IMG/VR virus record: IMGVR_UViG_3300032242_001941
Location: 1 to 64,000 of that record
Source of the DNA: a virus
Length of the DNA: 64,000 nucleotides
Direction: 5' to 3' (one strand)
The first letter of the stretch is position 1, and each line of letters begins with the position of its first letter. The notes under the pieces were generated by a model. That model had not been told where the DNA came from. It was given only the letters and a program-made list of their open reading frames with translations, and made no database searches. Positions 9,956 to 19,420 of this stretch are shown here, in pieces. A program made the position numbers and the translations under genes.

Positions 9956-10707
9956 AATTTGAAAAAACCGCAGATAGTCATCAGCACAGCCTTGAGACAT
10001 TAGATCAATTGCTTGCATACAGTGATTTTATGTATAGTATTGCTACCTTGGTAGATCTTGGATGTGGGCTTGGCGACGATCTTAAATGGTGGGCCACACG
10101 TACTACCGATGATGAACCTCCGGTTCCTTTAGACATAAAATGTACCGGCGTAGATCTAATTGATCATCTTCCAGTAACAAAAAGTCACAATAATATATCT
10201 TACCAAAAACGTGATTTTGAAAGTTTTATTGAAGCCCCTGAGAAAGGATTTGACATCTTATGGTGTCACGATAGTTTTCAATTTGCCTTAAACCCAGTGC
10301 AGACTCTTGGTCGTTGGTGGGATATTGCTAGCCCTGGAGGCATGTTATACATTTGTGTTCCCATCACGCAACGCATACATCGTCGTCAATTGGATTATTC
10401 GTTGCCTTCTGGCAGTTATTATCACTATAGCATGGTAAGTCTGATGTACATGTTGGCCACTGCTGGATGGGATTGTCGCAGTGGATTTTTTAAACAATCG
10501 CCTAATGATAATTGGCTACATGCTATAGTGTACAAAAGTGATCAAGAACCCCTAGATCCAAAAACTGCTTCTTGGTACAGGCTGTCCGAACTTAAACTAC
10601 TGCCCGAATCAGCCGACGCTAGTATAAACCTACACGGCTACTTAGAACAGCAAGACCTTATAGTTCCTTGGATTGATCACAGCCTAATGAGTATGGCCGT
10701 ACGATAA
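9952..10707 (+). CDS. Class I SAM-dependent methyltransferase
   Basis: LVDLGCGLG motif I, FDILWCHD, PGGML; start taken at the ATGA overlap with the uvsY stop. Confidence 0.8.
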   Translation: MKFEKTADSHQHSLETLDQLLAYSDFMYSIATLVDLGCGLGDDLKWWATRTTDDEPPVPLDIKCTGVDLIDHLPVTKSHNNISYQKRDFESFIEAPEKGFDILWCHDSFQFALNPVQTLGRWWDIASPGGMLYICVPITQRIHRRQLDYSLPSGSYYHYSMVSLMYMLATAGWDCRSGFFKQSPNDNWLHAIVYKSDQEPLDPKTASWYRLSELKLLPESADASINLHGYLEQQDLIVPWIDHSLMSMAVR

Positions 10708-10715
10708 TGCACTAT

Positions 10716-10742
10716 AAACCCTTGTTTTTACAAGGGTTTTTT
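10716..10742 (+). terminator. Rho-independent terminator
   Basis: AAACCCTTGT-TTTT-ACAAGGGTTT followed by T tract. Confidence 0.8.
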
Positions 10743-10744
10743 AC

Positions 10745-10775
10745 GGTTGACCATTAACGACCTTTTTGTTATAAT
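10745..10775 (+). promoter_or_regulatory. Early sigma70-type promoter
   Basis: GG-TTGACC-17 nt-TATAAT with TG extension. Confidence 0.85.
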
Positions 10776-10826
10776 ATTAGTATAGTAGTAAATTAATCAT
10801 TAAATGAACCTTCGGAAAGGAAGCAA

Positions 10827-11048
10827 ATGAAACCAGAAACACAAGCAAAATTATATGTAGCAAAATTAATAGGCTCAGCATTGATTGGGTCCGCGGTAAT
10901 GATGTTAGCACTCACTTACATCTCACTAAATTACATTGCGATCAGTCTAGTAGTTGTTGGACTTGGATTAATGGTGCTTACATTGTATAGTATGGAAGTA
11001 GATCGTCTTAAAATCCTTGAAAAAACCAGAGAAATCTTAAAGAAATAA
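10827..11048 (+). CDS. Small two-TM membrane protein
   Basis: Two hydrophobic stretches; AAGGA SD. Confidence 0.7.
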   Translation: MKPETQAKLYVAKLIGSALIGSAVMMLALTYISLNYIAISLVVVGLGLMVLTLYSMEVDRLKILEKTREILKK

Positions 11049-11050
11049 GC

Positions 11051-11081
11051 GGTTGACCAGAAATCGCCAATATAGTATAAT
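11051..11081 (+). promoter_or_regulatory. Early sigma70-type promoter
   Basis: GG-TTGACC-17 nt-TATAAT. Confidence 0.85.
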
Positions 11082-11111
11082 AGTTGTATTGTTAATAAAA
11101 AGGAGCTAACC

Positions 11112-12161
11112 TTGAGTACAGTAATTATTAAAAACGGAACATACCGTAATCAACCCGTAAACAATGTGACCTTTAACCTAGTAAAGGGTTACCAAACAGG
11201 AGCCAAAGGAGGCTACGTGACTGTGAAATCAGATGGCTTTTTTGGCCCAGACTTACCAGAAGTAGTTCGTATCAATGTCAACGGCATTGAAGATATAGAA
11301 TTTACTGCTGAGTCAGTTCCTGCAGGTGAATTTGTAGCACCCGTCGCCCATCCGCAGGTTCATGTTCATGCTAAAGTACCAGTGGAAACAGACGAAGAAG
11401 TTATTGCCCGCATCGGTGAACGCTTTGACATCCTCGATCAAATGACCAAGGCCACAATTGCCGGTGACGTCCGTGCTATGATTGTAGTTGGCCCTCCTGG
11501 GGTGGGCAAGAGTTATGGTGTAGAAAAACAGCTAGAGCATAGTGGCTTGTTTGATCAGTTGTCAGGACGTCGTGTCAAGTACGAAGTGATCAAAGGTGCT
11601 ATGACTCCGATTGGTCTCTACTGTACCTTGTACAAGCACAGTGACAAGAACAATGTGATCGTATTTGACGACTGTGATTCGGTGTTCCAAGATGACTTGA
11701 GCTTGAACATTCTTAAGGCTGCATTAGATTCTGGTAAGAAACGTAGAATCTACTGGAATAGTGACTCAGCTATGTTGCGTCGTGAAGGCGTTCCAGATAT
11801 GTTTGACTTCAAAGGTTCGTGTATCTTTATCACCAACCTACAGTTCCAGAATCTTAAAAGCAAGAAGCTGCAAGACCACTTGGAAGCACTACAGAGTCGT
11901 TGTCACTTTATTGACCTGACACTGAACACCTTGCGTGATCGTTTCTTGCGTATCAAGCAGATCTACCTAAAGGGCGAGCTGTTTGCAGACTACGATTTTA
12001 GCCAAGAACAAGGCGATGAGGTTATTGCATTCATGGAAACTAACCAAAATCGACTACGTGAAATAAGCCTGCGTATGGCATTAAAGATTGCAGACTTGAC
12101 CAAAGTGTCTGGTGATAATTGGAAGGCTTTGGCTAGTACAACTTGTATGAAAAATTCTTAA
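11112..12161 (+). CDS. Phage AAA+ ATPase
   Basis: GPPGVGKS Walker A, IVFDDCD Walker B, FITN sensor, ALQSRC arginine finger; TTG start after AGGAG. Confidence 0.85.
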   Translation: MSTVIIKNGTYRNQPVNNVTFNLVKGYQTGAKGGYVTVKSDGFFGPDLPEVVRINVNGIEDIEFTAESVPAGEFVAPVAHPQVHVHAKVPVETDEEVIARIGERFDILDQMTKATIAGDVRAMIVVGPPGVGKSYGVEKQLEHSGLFDQLSGRRVKYEVIKGAMTPIGLYCTLYKHSDKNNVIVFDDCDSVFQDDLSLNILKAALDSGKKRRIYWNSDSAMLRREGVPDMFDFKGSCIFITNLQFQNLKSKKLQDHLEALQSRCHFIDLTLNTLRDRFLRIKQIYLKGELFADYDFSQEQGDEVIAFMETNQNRLREISLRMALKIADLTKVSGDNWKALASTTCMKNS

Positions 12162-12196
12162 TCGGTTATAAAACAGATTAAGTAAACGGTAGCTCC

Positions 12197-12248
12197 TGGG
12201 CAGTGCAAACTGCCCATTTTTGACAGGCCTTTAGGGGCCTGTTTTTTT
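12197..12248 (+). terminator. Tandem hairpin terminators
   Basis: TGGGCAGT-GCAA-ACTGCCCA+T5 and ACAGGCCT-TTAG-GGGCCTGT+T tract. Confidence 0.8.
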
Positions 12249-12275
12249 GATCTTTTGTTTTAAATATGTTATACT
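12247..12275 (+). promoter_or_regulatory. sigma70-type promoter, probably leaderless transcript
   Basis: TTGATC-17-TATACT; ATG 5 nt after the -10 box. Confidence 0.6.
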
Positions 12276-12280
12276 AGCAT

Positions 12281-13144
12281 ATGATCTTGACTATTAGTCT
12301 CTTGGATTTAAAATTACAATTTCAAGTATTGGAAAATCCAATAGCTCAACTATGGCTTGAGCGCATGAGCCAACGGGAGCAGTGGCCATTGGATGATCCT
12401 GAAAGATTTTATGGGTTTAATACGCAAGATAAAGATCAACATATTGCATTGGTAAAAATACAAGAATGTATACAAGGAATTAACTCTTGGAACCCGTTGA
12501 TTACTCGAGATCTAGTTACAGTCCACGATCAAGATACATTAAACTATCTACACAATATTTTTGAACAATGGCATGGATTAATAGATCAACATCCAATACA
12601 TCCAGAATATGGCCCTATACCAAAAGAGGTAAGACAACATTTGGCTAACTTAAATGTCAGCGTTCATAGATGTGAAAGTGCGGCACGTGGTAATCGTCCT
12701 AGATTTGTCTGCACCTGGTTTGGTATGCCAAAGATTAAAACATTATCCGATGATATGTTACAATATGGAACACTTAATCCTAAGTTTGGATCAGTGTGTC
12801 TTAACTATTGCGAAATAGGTAAGACCTTAGAGGACTTGACTCAAGATAGAGATAACTATATAGGACACGATGCATTTAAGCCGTTTAATTTTTATTCGGC
12901 TGATTTTAATGTTAGGCTACACAAAGAAACAGCGGCTTATGCGGCTGAAAAATTACTAAGAATGCAACAATACTATTTAGACCATCAAACATTTTTTTAC
13001 GATCGTGGGTATCCAATATTTCAAGATTCAAGATTGTTGCCTTTAAGATTTCCTGTAGCAGAACTCATTGAAACTATGCCTAGAGAACAACTGCTCGACG
13101 AAATTAAACAAAGACAACGTGTTACGAAAGTTACCATAGAATGA
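12281..13144 (+). CDS. Hypothetical protein
   Basis: 287-aa ORF overlapping the uvsW start (ATGA). Confidence 0.75.
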   Translation: MILTISLLDLKLQFQVLENPIAQLWLERMSQREQWPLDDPERFYGFNTQDKDQHIALVKIQECIQGINSWNPLITRDLVTVHDQDTLNYLHNIFEQWHGLIDQHPIHPEYGPIPKEVRQHLANLNVSVHRCESAARGNRPRFVCTWFGMPKIKTLSDDMLQYGTLNPKFGSVCLNYCEIGKTLEDLTQDRDNYIGHDAFKPFNFYSADFNVRLHKETAAYAAEKLLRMQQYYLDHQTFFYDRGYPIFQDSRLLPLRFPVAELIETMPREQLLDEIKQRQRVTKVTIE

Positions 13145-14601
13145 GAACAGCTACAATTATAATTAAAGACGAAGTGAACATCAAGATCGAGGGATTAGAA
13201 CTCGATGCTCGTCGTGCTTTGGTTACGGCGTTTAAGTATGATGTGCCTGGAGCCCGTTACTTACCCGCAGTGCGCCTTGGTCGTTGGGATGGCAAGGTAA
13301 GCTATTTTCAACTTGGTGGTAGCACTTATGTAAACTTGCTACCAGAAATCATTCCCATACTGGAAAAGTTCAACTATGATATTGAACTGGATGACCAAAG
13401 AGATTACTCGGTTAATTTTGCGTTTGAGCAGGTAACAGAGTCAACATTCGGTCATGTGCTATGGCCTAAGGGTCACCCAATGGAAGGGCAACCAATGGCA
13501 CTACGTGATTATCAAGTTGAGATTATTAATAACTTCCTTGAGAATCCACAATGTATCCAGGAGATTGCCACAGGTGCAGGCAAGACCGTTATCACTGCTG
13601 CACTCAGTAATGCTGTAGCACCCTATGGCCGTACCATTGTTATTGTGCCCAACAAGAGTCTAGTGACACAGACAGAAAAAGATTACATCAATATGGAACA
13701 GGATGTAGGTGTTTACTTTGGTGATCGTAAAGAATGGGGACGTCAACATACCATTTGTACTTGGCAAAGCCTAAATGTCCTGTTAAAGAATACCAAAAAT
13801 AGTGTAGGCGATGTTACCATTGGTGAGTTCCTGGAAGATGTTGTCTGCGTTATTGTTGACGAAGTACACATGGCCAAAGCTGATGCACTTAAGAGCTTGC
13901 TTACAGGCGTGATGAGCCGTATTCCACTACGTTGGGGGCTAACAGGAACTATTCCCAAAGAACCATTTGAGTTTCAGGCTCTAAAGTGCAGTCTTGGACC
14001 TGTAATCGGTCGACTCAGTGCTAGCGAACTGCAAAGCCAGGGCGTACTGGCACAGTGCCACGTGAACATTGTGCAGTTGGTTGACCACGCAGAATTTGCC
14101 AACTACCAAAGTGAGTTGAAATTCCTATTGGAAGAACCCGATAGGTTAGACACTATTGCCAATTTAATTCGACAAGTTAACCTAACAGGTAATACCCTGG
14201 TGCTAGTTGATCGTATTGCCGCTGGGCAAGGTATTATAGAACGCCTAGGTGATAACGCAGTCATGGTATCGGGTGCAACCAAAGCAAAGGCAAGACAAGA
14301 TGAATATGACGAAGTTGCAGAGGCCACAGGAAAAATTATTGTGGCTACCTACGGTGTTGCTGCTGTTGGTATTAATATACCCCGTATCTTTAATCTTGTT
14401 CTTGTTGAACCTGGTAAATCTTTTGTCCGGGTCATCCAAAGCATTGGAAGAGGAATACGCAAAGCAGAGGACAAGGACCACGTACAAATCTGGGACGTAA
14501 CTAGTACCTGTAAGTTTGCCAAACGACATTTGACCAAACGTAAACAGTTCTATAAAGAAGCCAATTATCCTTTTACGCAGGAAAAACTAGAATGGAAATA
14601 A
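13141..14601 (+). CDS. uvsW: SF2 DNA helicase UvsW-like
   Basis: LRDYQ, ATGAGKT, DEVH, GLTGT, QSIGRGIR. Confidence 0.92.
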   Translation: MRTATIIIKDEVNIKIEGLELDARRALVTAFKYDVPGARYLPAVRLGRWDGKVSYFQLGGSTYVNLLPEIIPILEKFNYDIELDDQRDYSVNFAFEQVTESTFGHVLWPKGHPMEGQPMALRDYQVEIINNFLENPQCIQEIATGAGKTVITAALSNAVAPYGRTIVIVPNKSLVTQTEKDYINMEQDVGVYFGDRKEWGRQHTICTWQSLNVLLKNTKNSVGDVTIGEFLEDVVCVIVDEVHMAKADALKSLLTGVMSRIPLRWGLTGTIPKEPFEFQALKCSLGPVIGRLSASELQSQGVLAQCHVNIVQLVDHAEFANYQSELKFLLEEPDRLDTIANLIRQVNLTGNTLVLVDRIAAGQGIIERLGDNAVMVSGATKAKARQDEYDEVAEATGKIIVATYGVAAVGINIPRIFNLVLVEPGKSFVRVIQSIGRGIRKAEDKDHVQIWDVTSTCKFAKRHLTKRKQFYKEANYPFTQEKLEWK

Positions 14602-14604
14602 AGG

Positions 14605-14632
14605 TTGCATGTATTACAAAATATGTTATAAT
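14605..14632 (+). promoter_or_regulatory. sigma70-type promoter, probably leaderless transcript
   Basis: TTGCAT-16-TATAAT with TG extension; ATG at 14639. Confidence 0.65.
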
Positions 14633-14638
14633 AAACAC

Positions 14639-15139
14639 ATGAGAATATTAACACTTGATAACAAGCCATTTGATTTAGATCATTTACCTGAAGAAGTAGA
14701 TGATATGCGGTTTTCCATATTTGATAATAGCGATCCTAAAGACCCAGATTATCATTATATTCCATTAATTTTTTTAGAAAGTTTTACGTCACCTGCCCTA
14801 GTTCTACGTATAGGTGATCACAGAATTAAAATGCCTGTGGATTGGCAAATTTTAATTGGCGAACCTGACTTAGGCGACCTGGAAGTATTACCGTTGACAA
14901 GTATCAACGATCGTGGGTTTAAGGCATTTCAATTTAATCCGTTAAGTAGTTTTAGGCCTAGTTTTTTAGATATAGAAATTATTGACGTGTATCAAGAAGT
15001 TACTTGGTATGCTCCTAAACTTAAAAATGGTCAGATGTTGTGCGTACCATTAGGCGAAGGCAAGCAACCTGACTGTGTATATTTTGTCAAGGACATTAGT
15101 CGTAACTGTGAAATAGTTGATTATAATCGGGCCTGGTAG
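14639..15139 (+). CDS. Hypothetical protein
   Basis: ORF; start reassigned to the ATG downstream of the promoter (MRILTLDN). Confidence 0.75.
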   Translation: MRILTLDNKPFDLDHLPEEVDDMRFSIFDNSDPKDPDYHYIPLIFLESFTSPALVLRIGDHRIKMPVDWQILIGEPDLGDLEVLPLTSINDRGFKAFQFNPLSSFRPSFLDIEIIDVYQEVTWYAPKLKNGQMLCVPLGEGKQPDCVYFVKDISRNCEIVDYNRAW

Positions 15140-15600
15140 TGGATAAACTTAGTATCAACAACGAAATGACGCAGTTTGATCGTAAGAACAGAGACTTCTA
15201 CGATGAGTTAACTGCTGACGAAAAGAAAAAGTTCAGTAACTTCTTAATGATTCGTTATGGATCAAGTGTGCTGGCCAGCGGGTCTGACAGAGATAGACTA
15301 ATACAAGAATATTATCTTCAGAGTTGTAATGAAAATTTAAACAAACATTTTTTTGCTATCAATCGACATCCTAAATTACAGTGGTTATGTGCTACAACTG
15401 TTAGTCCAGGAGATGGCATCAAGCGACATCAGTGGATTGCTCCTAAGAAAAAAGAACCCGGTGCTGGAAGTATTAAAAAACAGTTAGCCGAGTTGTATCC
15501 GCATCTCAAGGATGACGAGTTAGAGTTAATGGCCAAAATTAATACCAAAAAAGACATAGACACATACCTTAAACAACTAGGACAAGAAACAAAAAAATGA
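15139..15600 (+). CDS. Probable clamp-loader small subunit (gp62-like)
   Basis: Size and pattern (FSNFLMIRY...HPKLQW...WI..KKK) resemble gp62-family proteins; replication cluster. Confidence 0.5.
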   Translation: MDKLSINNEMTQFDRKNRDFYDELTADEKKKFSNFLMIRYGSSVLASGSDRDRLIQEYYLQSCNENLNKHFFAINRHPKLQWLCATTVSPGDGIKRHQWIAPKKKEPGAGSIKKQLAELYPHLKDDELELMAKINTKKDIDTYLKQLGQETKK

Positions 15601-16271
15601 AGTATACCTGTCAGTATTGTAAGAAAGACTTTATTAAAGAGTCTAGTCTTGCGGTGCATTCTTGCGAACCGCGTCGTCGTCGCCAAGAAAAAGATGAAGC
15701 AGGTGTGCGCCTGGGCTTCCAGGCATACATCAAGTTCTATGAGCTTACCCAAGGGTCGGCTAAGTTAAAAACATTTGATGATTTTGCTGACAGTCCTTAC
15801 TACAAGGCCTTTGTAAAGTTTGGTCGCTATTGTGTGGATATCCGTGCTATTAATCCAGCACGTTTTGTTGAGTGGGTATTGAAACAAAACAAAAAAATTG
15901 ACCATTGGGCTAAAGATACAGTCTATACAGAATACTTGACAGACTACTTGCGTGTAGAAAATGTCAATGATGCGCTAGCCCGTGCCATGGAATTTGGCAT
16001 TGACTGGGCAGAAACATCCGGGCACCCGGCAGAAGATTGCTTACGTTACGGTAATACCAATGCCATGGTCTATGCTGTGAGTGCTGGTCGTATTAGCCCT
16101 TGGATCATTTATAACAGTGAGTCGGGGCAGAAGTTCCTGTCAGAATTGGACACTACACAGATAGCTATGATATGGTCCTACATTGACGCAGACTTTTGGA
16201 TGCGTAAGTTCAAAGACTATCCTGCAGATCAAGAGTATGCCAAGGATATGTTACAGAAAGCAGGTTGGTAA
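15597..16271 (+). CDS. Hypothetical protein with N-terminal zinc finger
   Basis: YTCQYCKKDF...HSC. Confidence 0.75.
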   Translation: MKYTCQYCKKDFIKESSLAVHSCEPRRRRQEKDEAGVRLGFQAYIKFYELTQGSAKLKTFDDFADSPYYKAFVKFGRYCVDIRAINPARFVEWVLKQNKKIDHWAKDTVYTEYLTDYLRVENVNDALARAMEFGIDWAETSGHPAEDCLRYGNTNAMVYAVSAGRISPWIIYNSESGQKFLSELDTTQIAMIWSYIDADFWMRKFKDYPADQEYAKDMLQKAGW

Positions 16272-16849
16272 TGAGTGCAGATATTGATATTGACTTTGCC
16301 GATAGAGATCAATTGTTACAGTTGATTCGTGCTACCCCAGCAAGGCAGATGCATCAAGGGCAGGTACGCAGGCATAACAGTGGTGTGTATGTTACTGACA
16401 TTCCCTATGATCCTGTAAATGAATGTGCTGCAATTGACTACGAAACTGCCGAACAACTAGGCTATTTTAAAATTGACTTATTGAATATGTCAGTTTATCA
16501 ACTAATTAAAACGCCAGAGCATTATAAAGAAATGATCGCTAAAGAACCGCCTTGGGAACGACTATGGACAGATTCAGACTGGGCTAAACAGTTAGTTCAC
16601 GTAGGAAACTATACTGAATTATTGAAGACTATGAAACCCAATTCAATACCCAGGATGGCTGCATTTATCAGTATTATTCGTCCCGGCAAAGCACACTTAC
16701 AAAATCGGCCTTGGGTAGAAGTGTTTGAATCAGTCTGGGATGGTGACGATTCACGAGGATTTGTGTTCAAACAAAGTCATGCTATAAGTTATGCAGCCCT
16801 AGTAGCATTACATATGAATCTACTTAATCAAGCCGACGCACAAGAGTAA
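16271..16849 (+). CDS. Miniature DNA polymerase III alpha (DnaE)-like protein
   Basis: DIDIDF, HNSGVYV, GYFKIDLL, IIRPG, FKQSHAISYA match C-family polymerase motifs in order. Confidence 0.8.
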   Translation: MSADIDIDFADRDQLLQLIRATPARQMHQGQVRRHNSGVYVTDIPYDPVNECAAIDYETAEQLGYFKIDLLNMSVYQLIKTPEHYKEMIAKEPPWERLWTDSDWAKQLVHVGNYTELLKTMKPNSIPRMAAFISIIRPGKAHLQNRPWVEVFESVWDGDDSRGFVFKQSHAISYAALVALHMNLLNQADAQE

Positions 16850-17201
16850 TAGATTTTCTTTTTGATTTTTTACGGCTCATTTCGCTAAGACTGCAAACTG
16901 GCCCGTGCAGTATTTCAAGATCTTTATTGGTAAAAGTACGCAGATAGGGTTTAAATAAATCCCACTCTGTTTTAAGAAATATATTAATGGGTACAGTTCT
17001 ATTACTTTCCCACCACCAAATGTTTGCCAGTTCTAAAAACTTTTGTTTAATTTCTACGTTTTGTATAGCACCAAAGTCGTAGATAGTAGTAATGTAATCA
17101 TCTTGATTTTGTATGATTCCCACGTATTCTGTAGTGGCGCAGACACACAAGGTTATAAATGGGTACTTTTCTGCTAGTTTTTCAAAAAAATCATTAGTCA
17201 T
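16824..17201 (-). CDS. Hypothetical protein
   Basis: ORF MTNDFFEKL...; TAAATA upstream on the - strand. Confidence 0.75.
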   Translation of the reverse strand: MTNDFFEKLAEKYPFITLCVCATTEYVGIIQNQDDYITTIYDFGAIQNVEIKQKFLELANIWWWESNRTVPINIFLKTEWDLFKPYLRTFTNKDLEILHGPVCSLSEMSRKKSKRKSITLVRRLD

Positions 17202-17262
17202 ATCGTGTGAATATTTACCAAAACGTTTTCCAATCAAAATCTAAAGGCGCTAAATATACTGT

Positions 17263-18414
17263 ATGTATTCCACCCAAGTCTATCTCTATCAACAGCTAAC
17301 ACGAGTATTGTTAATGGATACTTTGGATGGCGAAACTTTTATCTATAGGTATGATCCTGTGTACGCAAAACAATTAACCATAAACAAGGGCGTTGATAAT
17401 GTGCTCTTATTCGAGTTTATAAATCAAGAAGAAAAGCCAGTTAACATTACCGGTAACACTTTCTTTTTTCGTGTGATCAGCACTGCGGGTGATGAATTAC
17501 TATTAGAAAAACCCATGGTTATTTTAAATGCTGCGACTGGTCGCGCCAAGGTGCAATTTAGTGGTAGCGAGTTGCTAGAAGTACTAGCACAGCCAGCCAA
17601 CTACAGTATTCAACGTACACAACCTGCAGGTGGCTACAGCGACGCTGTATTTGTTAACGCACAAGCAGGCGCTCGTGCTCCGGTAAACATTGTGGACAGC
17701 ATATTGCCACAACACGTACCCAGTGCGCCGTTGACCATACCAACTAACAAGTTATCAGCACAAGCTTCATATGATGGCGCTACCTGGGGACAAGCCCCAA
17801 CCAATGCATTTTGGTCTGGCAATCCCAACGGTGGCAACTATTGGAATAGTTTTTTAAACACAGAATTTTTCAGTAGTTTTATTGAACCAGCAAATGCGGT
17901 TACCACAGTGCAGATGACCTTGGATGGCTACACAGGAACAATCAAAGCCCAAGCAGCGGAAAACTATCAAAGTATTTGGTACAACGTAACTGAATCTACA
18001 ACATACTACAACGAAACTCGTACAATCTATATGAACATCATGGGATGGCATCCTATACTCAGAATATGTTTTAATAACAGTGTCTTTGCTGTACCGGATC
18101 AACCCGGAACACCGGCGATTGCCTATGCAATTACAGAAAATGGTGTAGTTACTGGTATTAATGTTATCAACGGTGGAAGTGGTTATTTGGCTCCTCCAAA
18201 GATCAATATTGTTGGCGATGGATCCGGCGCTACGGCTGTGGCCACAATATCCGGTGGAGTAGTTGACAACATCGAAGTGACCAACGGTGGTTCGGGTTAT
18301 TGGTACTTGCCCAATGCCGGAATGGGTGCTGGATTATATCCAAATGCTCCTAACCAGACTGGAGCCGCTGTTCTAATCAGTACCGGTTACGTAATCGATT
18401 TGCTCTACAGATAA
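17263..18414 (+). CDS. Probable virion structural (tail/baseplate-associated) protein
   Basis: Repeated I.V.NGGSGY motifs typical of phage tail proteins; TAAATA at 17251. Confidence 0.65.
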   Translation: MYSTQVYLYQQLTRVLLMDTLDGETFIYRYDPVYAKQLTINKGVDNVLLFEFINQEEKPVNITGNTFFFRVISTAGDELLLEKPMVILNAATGRAKVQFSGSELLEVLAQPANYSIQRTQPAGGYSDAVFVNAQAGARAPVNIVDSILPQHVPSAPLTIPTNKLSAQASYDGATWGQAPTNAFWSGNPNGGNYWNSFLNTEFFSSFIEPANAVTTVQMTLDGYTGTIKAQAAENYQSIWYNVTESTTYYNETRTIYMNIMGWHPILRICFNNSVFAVPDQPGTPAIAYAITENGVVTGINVINGGSGYLAPPKINIVGDGSGATAVATISGGVVDNIEVTNGGSGYWYLPNAGMGAGLYPNAPNQTGAAVLISTGYVIDLLYR

Positions 18415-18426
18415 CACCAAACATTC

Positions 18427-18455
18427 TTGATTTCACACAAACAATCTGCTATAAT
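18427..18455 (+). promoter_or_regulatory. sigma70-type promoter for primase, probably leaderless
   Basis: TTGATT-17-TATAAT; ATG at 18461. Confidence 0.7.
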
Positions 18456-18460
18456 ATAGT

Positions 18461-19420
18461 ATGATTGATGTGGTCTCCTTTTTACCTGCTAAACGAAAAC
18501 AAACAGCCAGTGGCTGGATAAGTTTCAACGCACCTTGTTGCATTCATCGCGGCGACACGCAAGACAAGCGACAGCGTGGCGGTATTAAACCTGGCACTGA
18601 CGGATCTTGGAGTTATCACTGTTTCAACTGTGGATATACTGCTAGTTTTGTCCTAGGACGTAACTTAACTTACAAGGCTCGGCAACTTCTTAAATGGTTA
18701 GATGTACCTGCGGAAGAAATTGAACGCATAAATCTTGAAAGTTTAAAACAAAAAAGTATTGAAGGCCTCCTGGGCGAACGACAAGAAATAGTACAACGAT
18801 TATATGCAATTGAATTTGAAGATCGAGACTTACCTGCAGAAACAAAAGAGTTAAATGACCTGGCTGTGGAATATTTGCAAGGTAGGGCAATACCACTAGA
18901 CTATCCATTTTTATATAAAACAATGCCACGTCGTGGCATTGTAATTCCGTTTACGCACAACAATCAAGTGGTAGGGCACACTACAAGATTTTTAGACGAC
19001 CGCACACCTAGATATATTCAAGATATACAGCCAGGTTATGTATTTGGTACAGACTTGCAAGGCGCAGATTGGCAAACAGTCATTGTAGTCGAAGGTGTGT
19101 TTGATGCCTTAAGCATTAACGGCTTGGCAGTCTTACACGCAGAGATCAATGATGCACAGGTTAAATTAATACGTAGTCTAGGCCGCAACGTTATAGTAGT
19201 ACCAGATCAAGACGAAGCTGGTATGCGGTTAGTGGATCGTGCAGTAGAATTAGGCTGGGCTGTTAGTATGCCCGAGTGGCCTGAGGGCATTAAGGATGTA
19301 AATGATGCAGTAATTCGTTTGGGTAAGTTGGCTACATTGATAACTATAATGCAAGCCCGAGAAACTAGCAAGATCAAAATAGAACTAAGGAAAAAACAAC
19401 TTGTTAAAAGACTACGGTAA
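18461..19420 (+). CDS. DNA primase (gp61-like)
   Basis: Zn-binding PCC...YHCFNCG; TOPRIM VVEGVFDA, PDQDEAG, KDVND. Confidence 0.9.
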   Translation: MIDVVSFLPAKRKQTASGWISFNAPCCIHRGDTQDKRQRGGIKPGTDGSWSYHCFNCGYTASFVLGRNLTYKARQLLKWLDVPAEEIERINLESLKQKSIEGLLGERQEIVQRLYAIEFEDRDLPAETKELNDLAVEYLQGRAIPLDYPFLYKTMPRRGIVIPFTHNNQVVGHTTRFLDDRTPRYIQDIQPGYVFGTDLQGADWQTVIVVEGVFDALSINGLAVLHAEINDAQVKLIRSLGRNVIVVPDQDEAGMRLVDRAVELGWAVSMPEWPEGIKDVNDAVIRLGKLATLITIMQARETSKIKIELRKKQLVKRLR

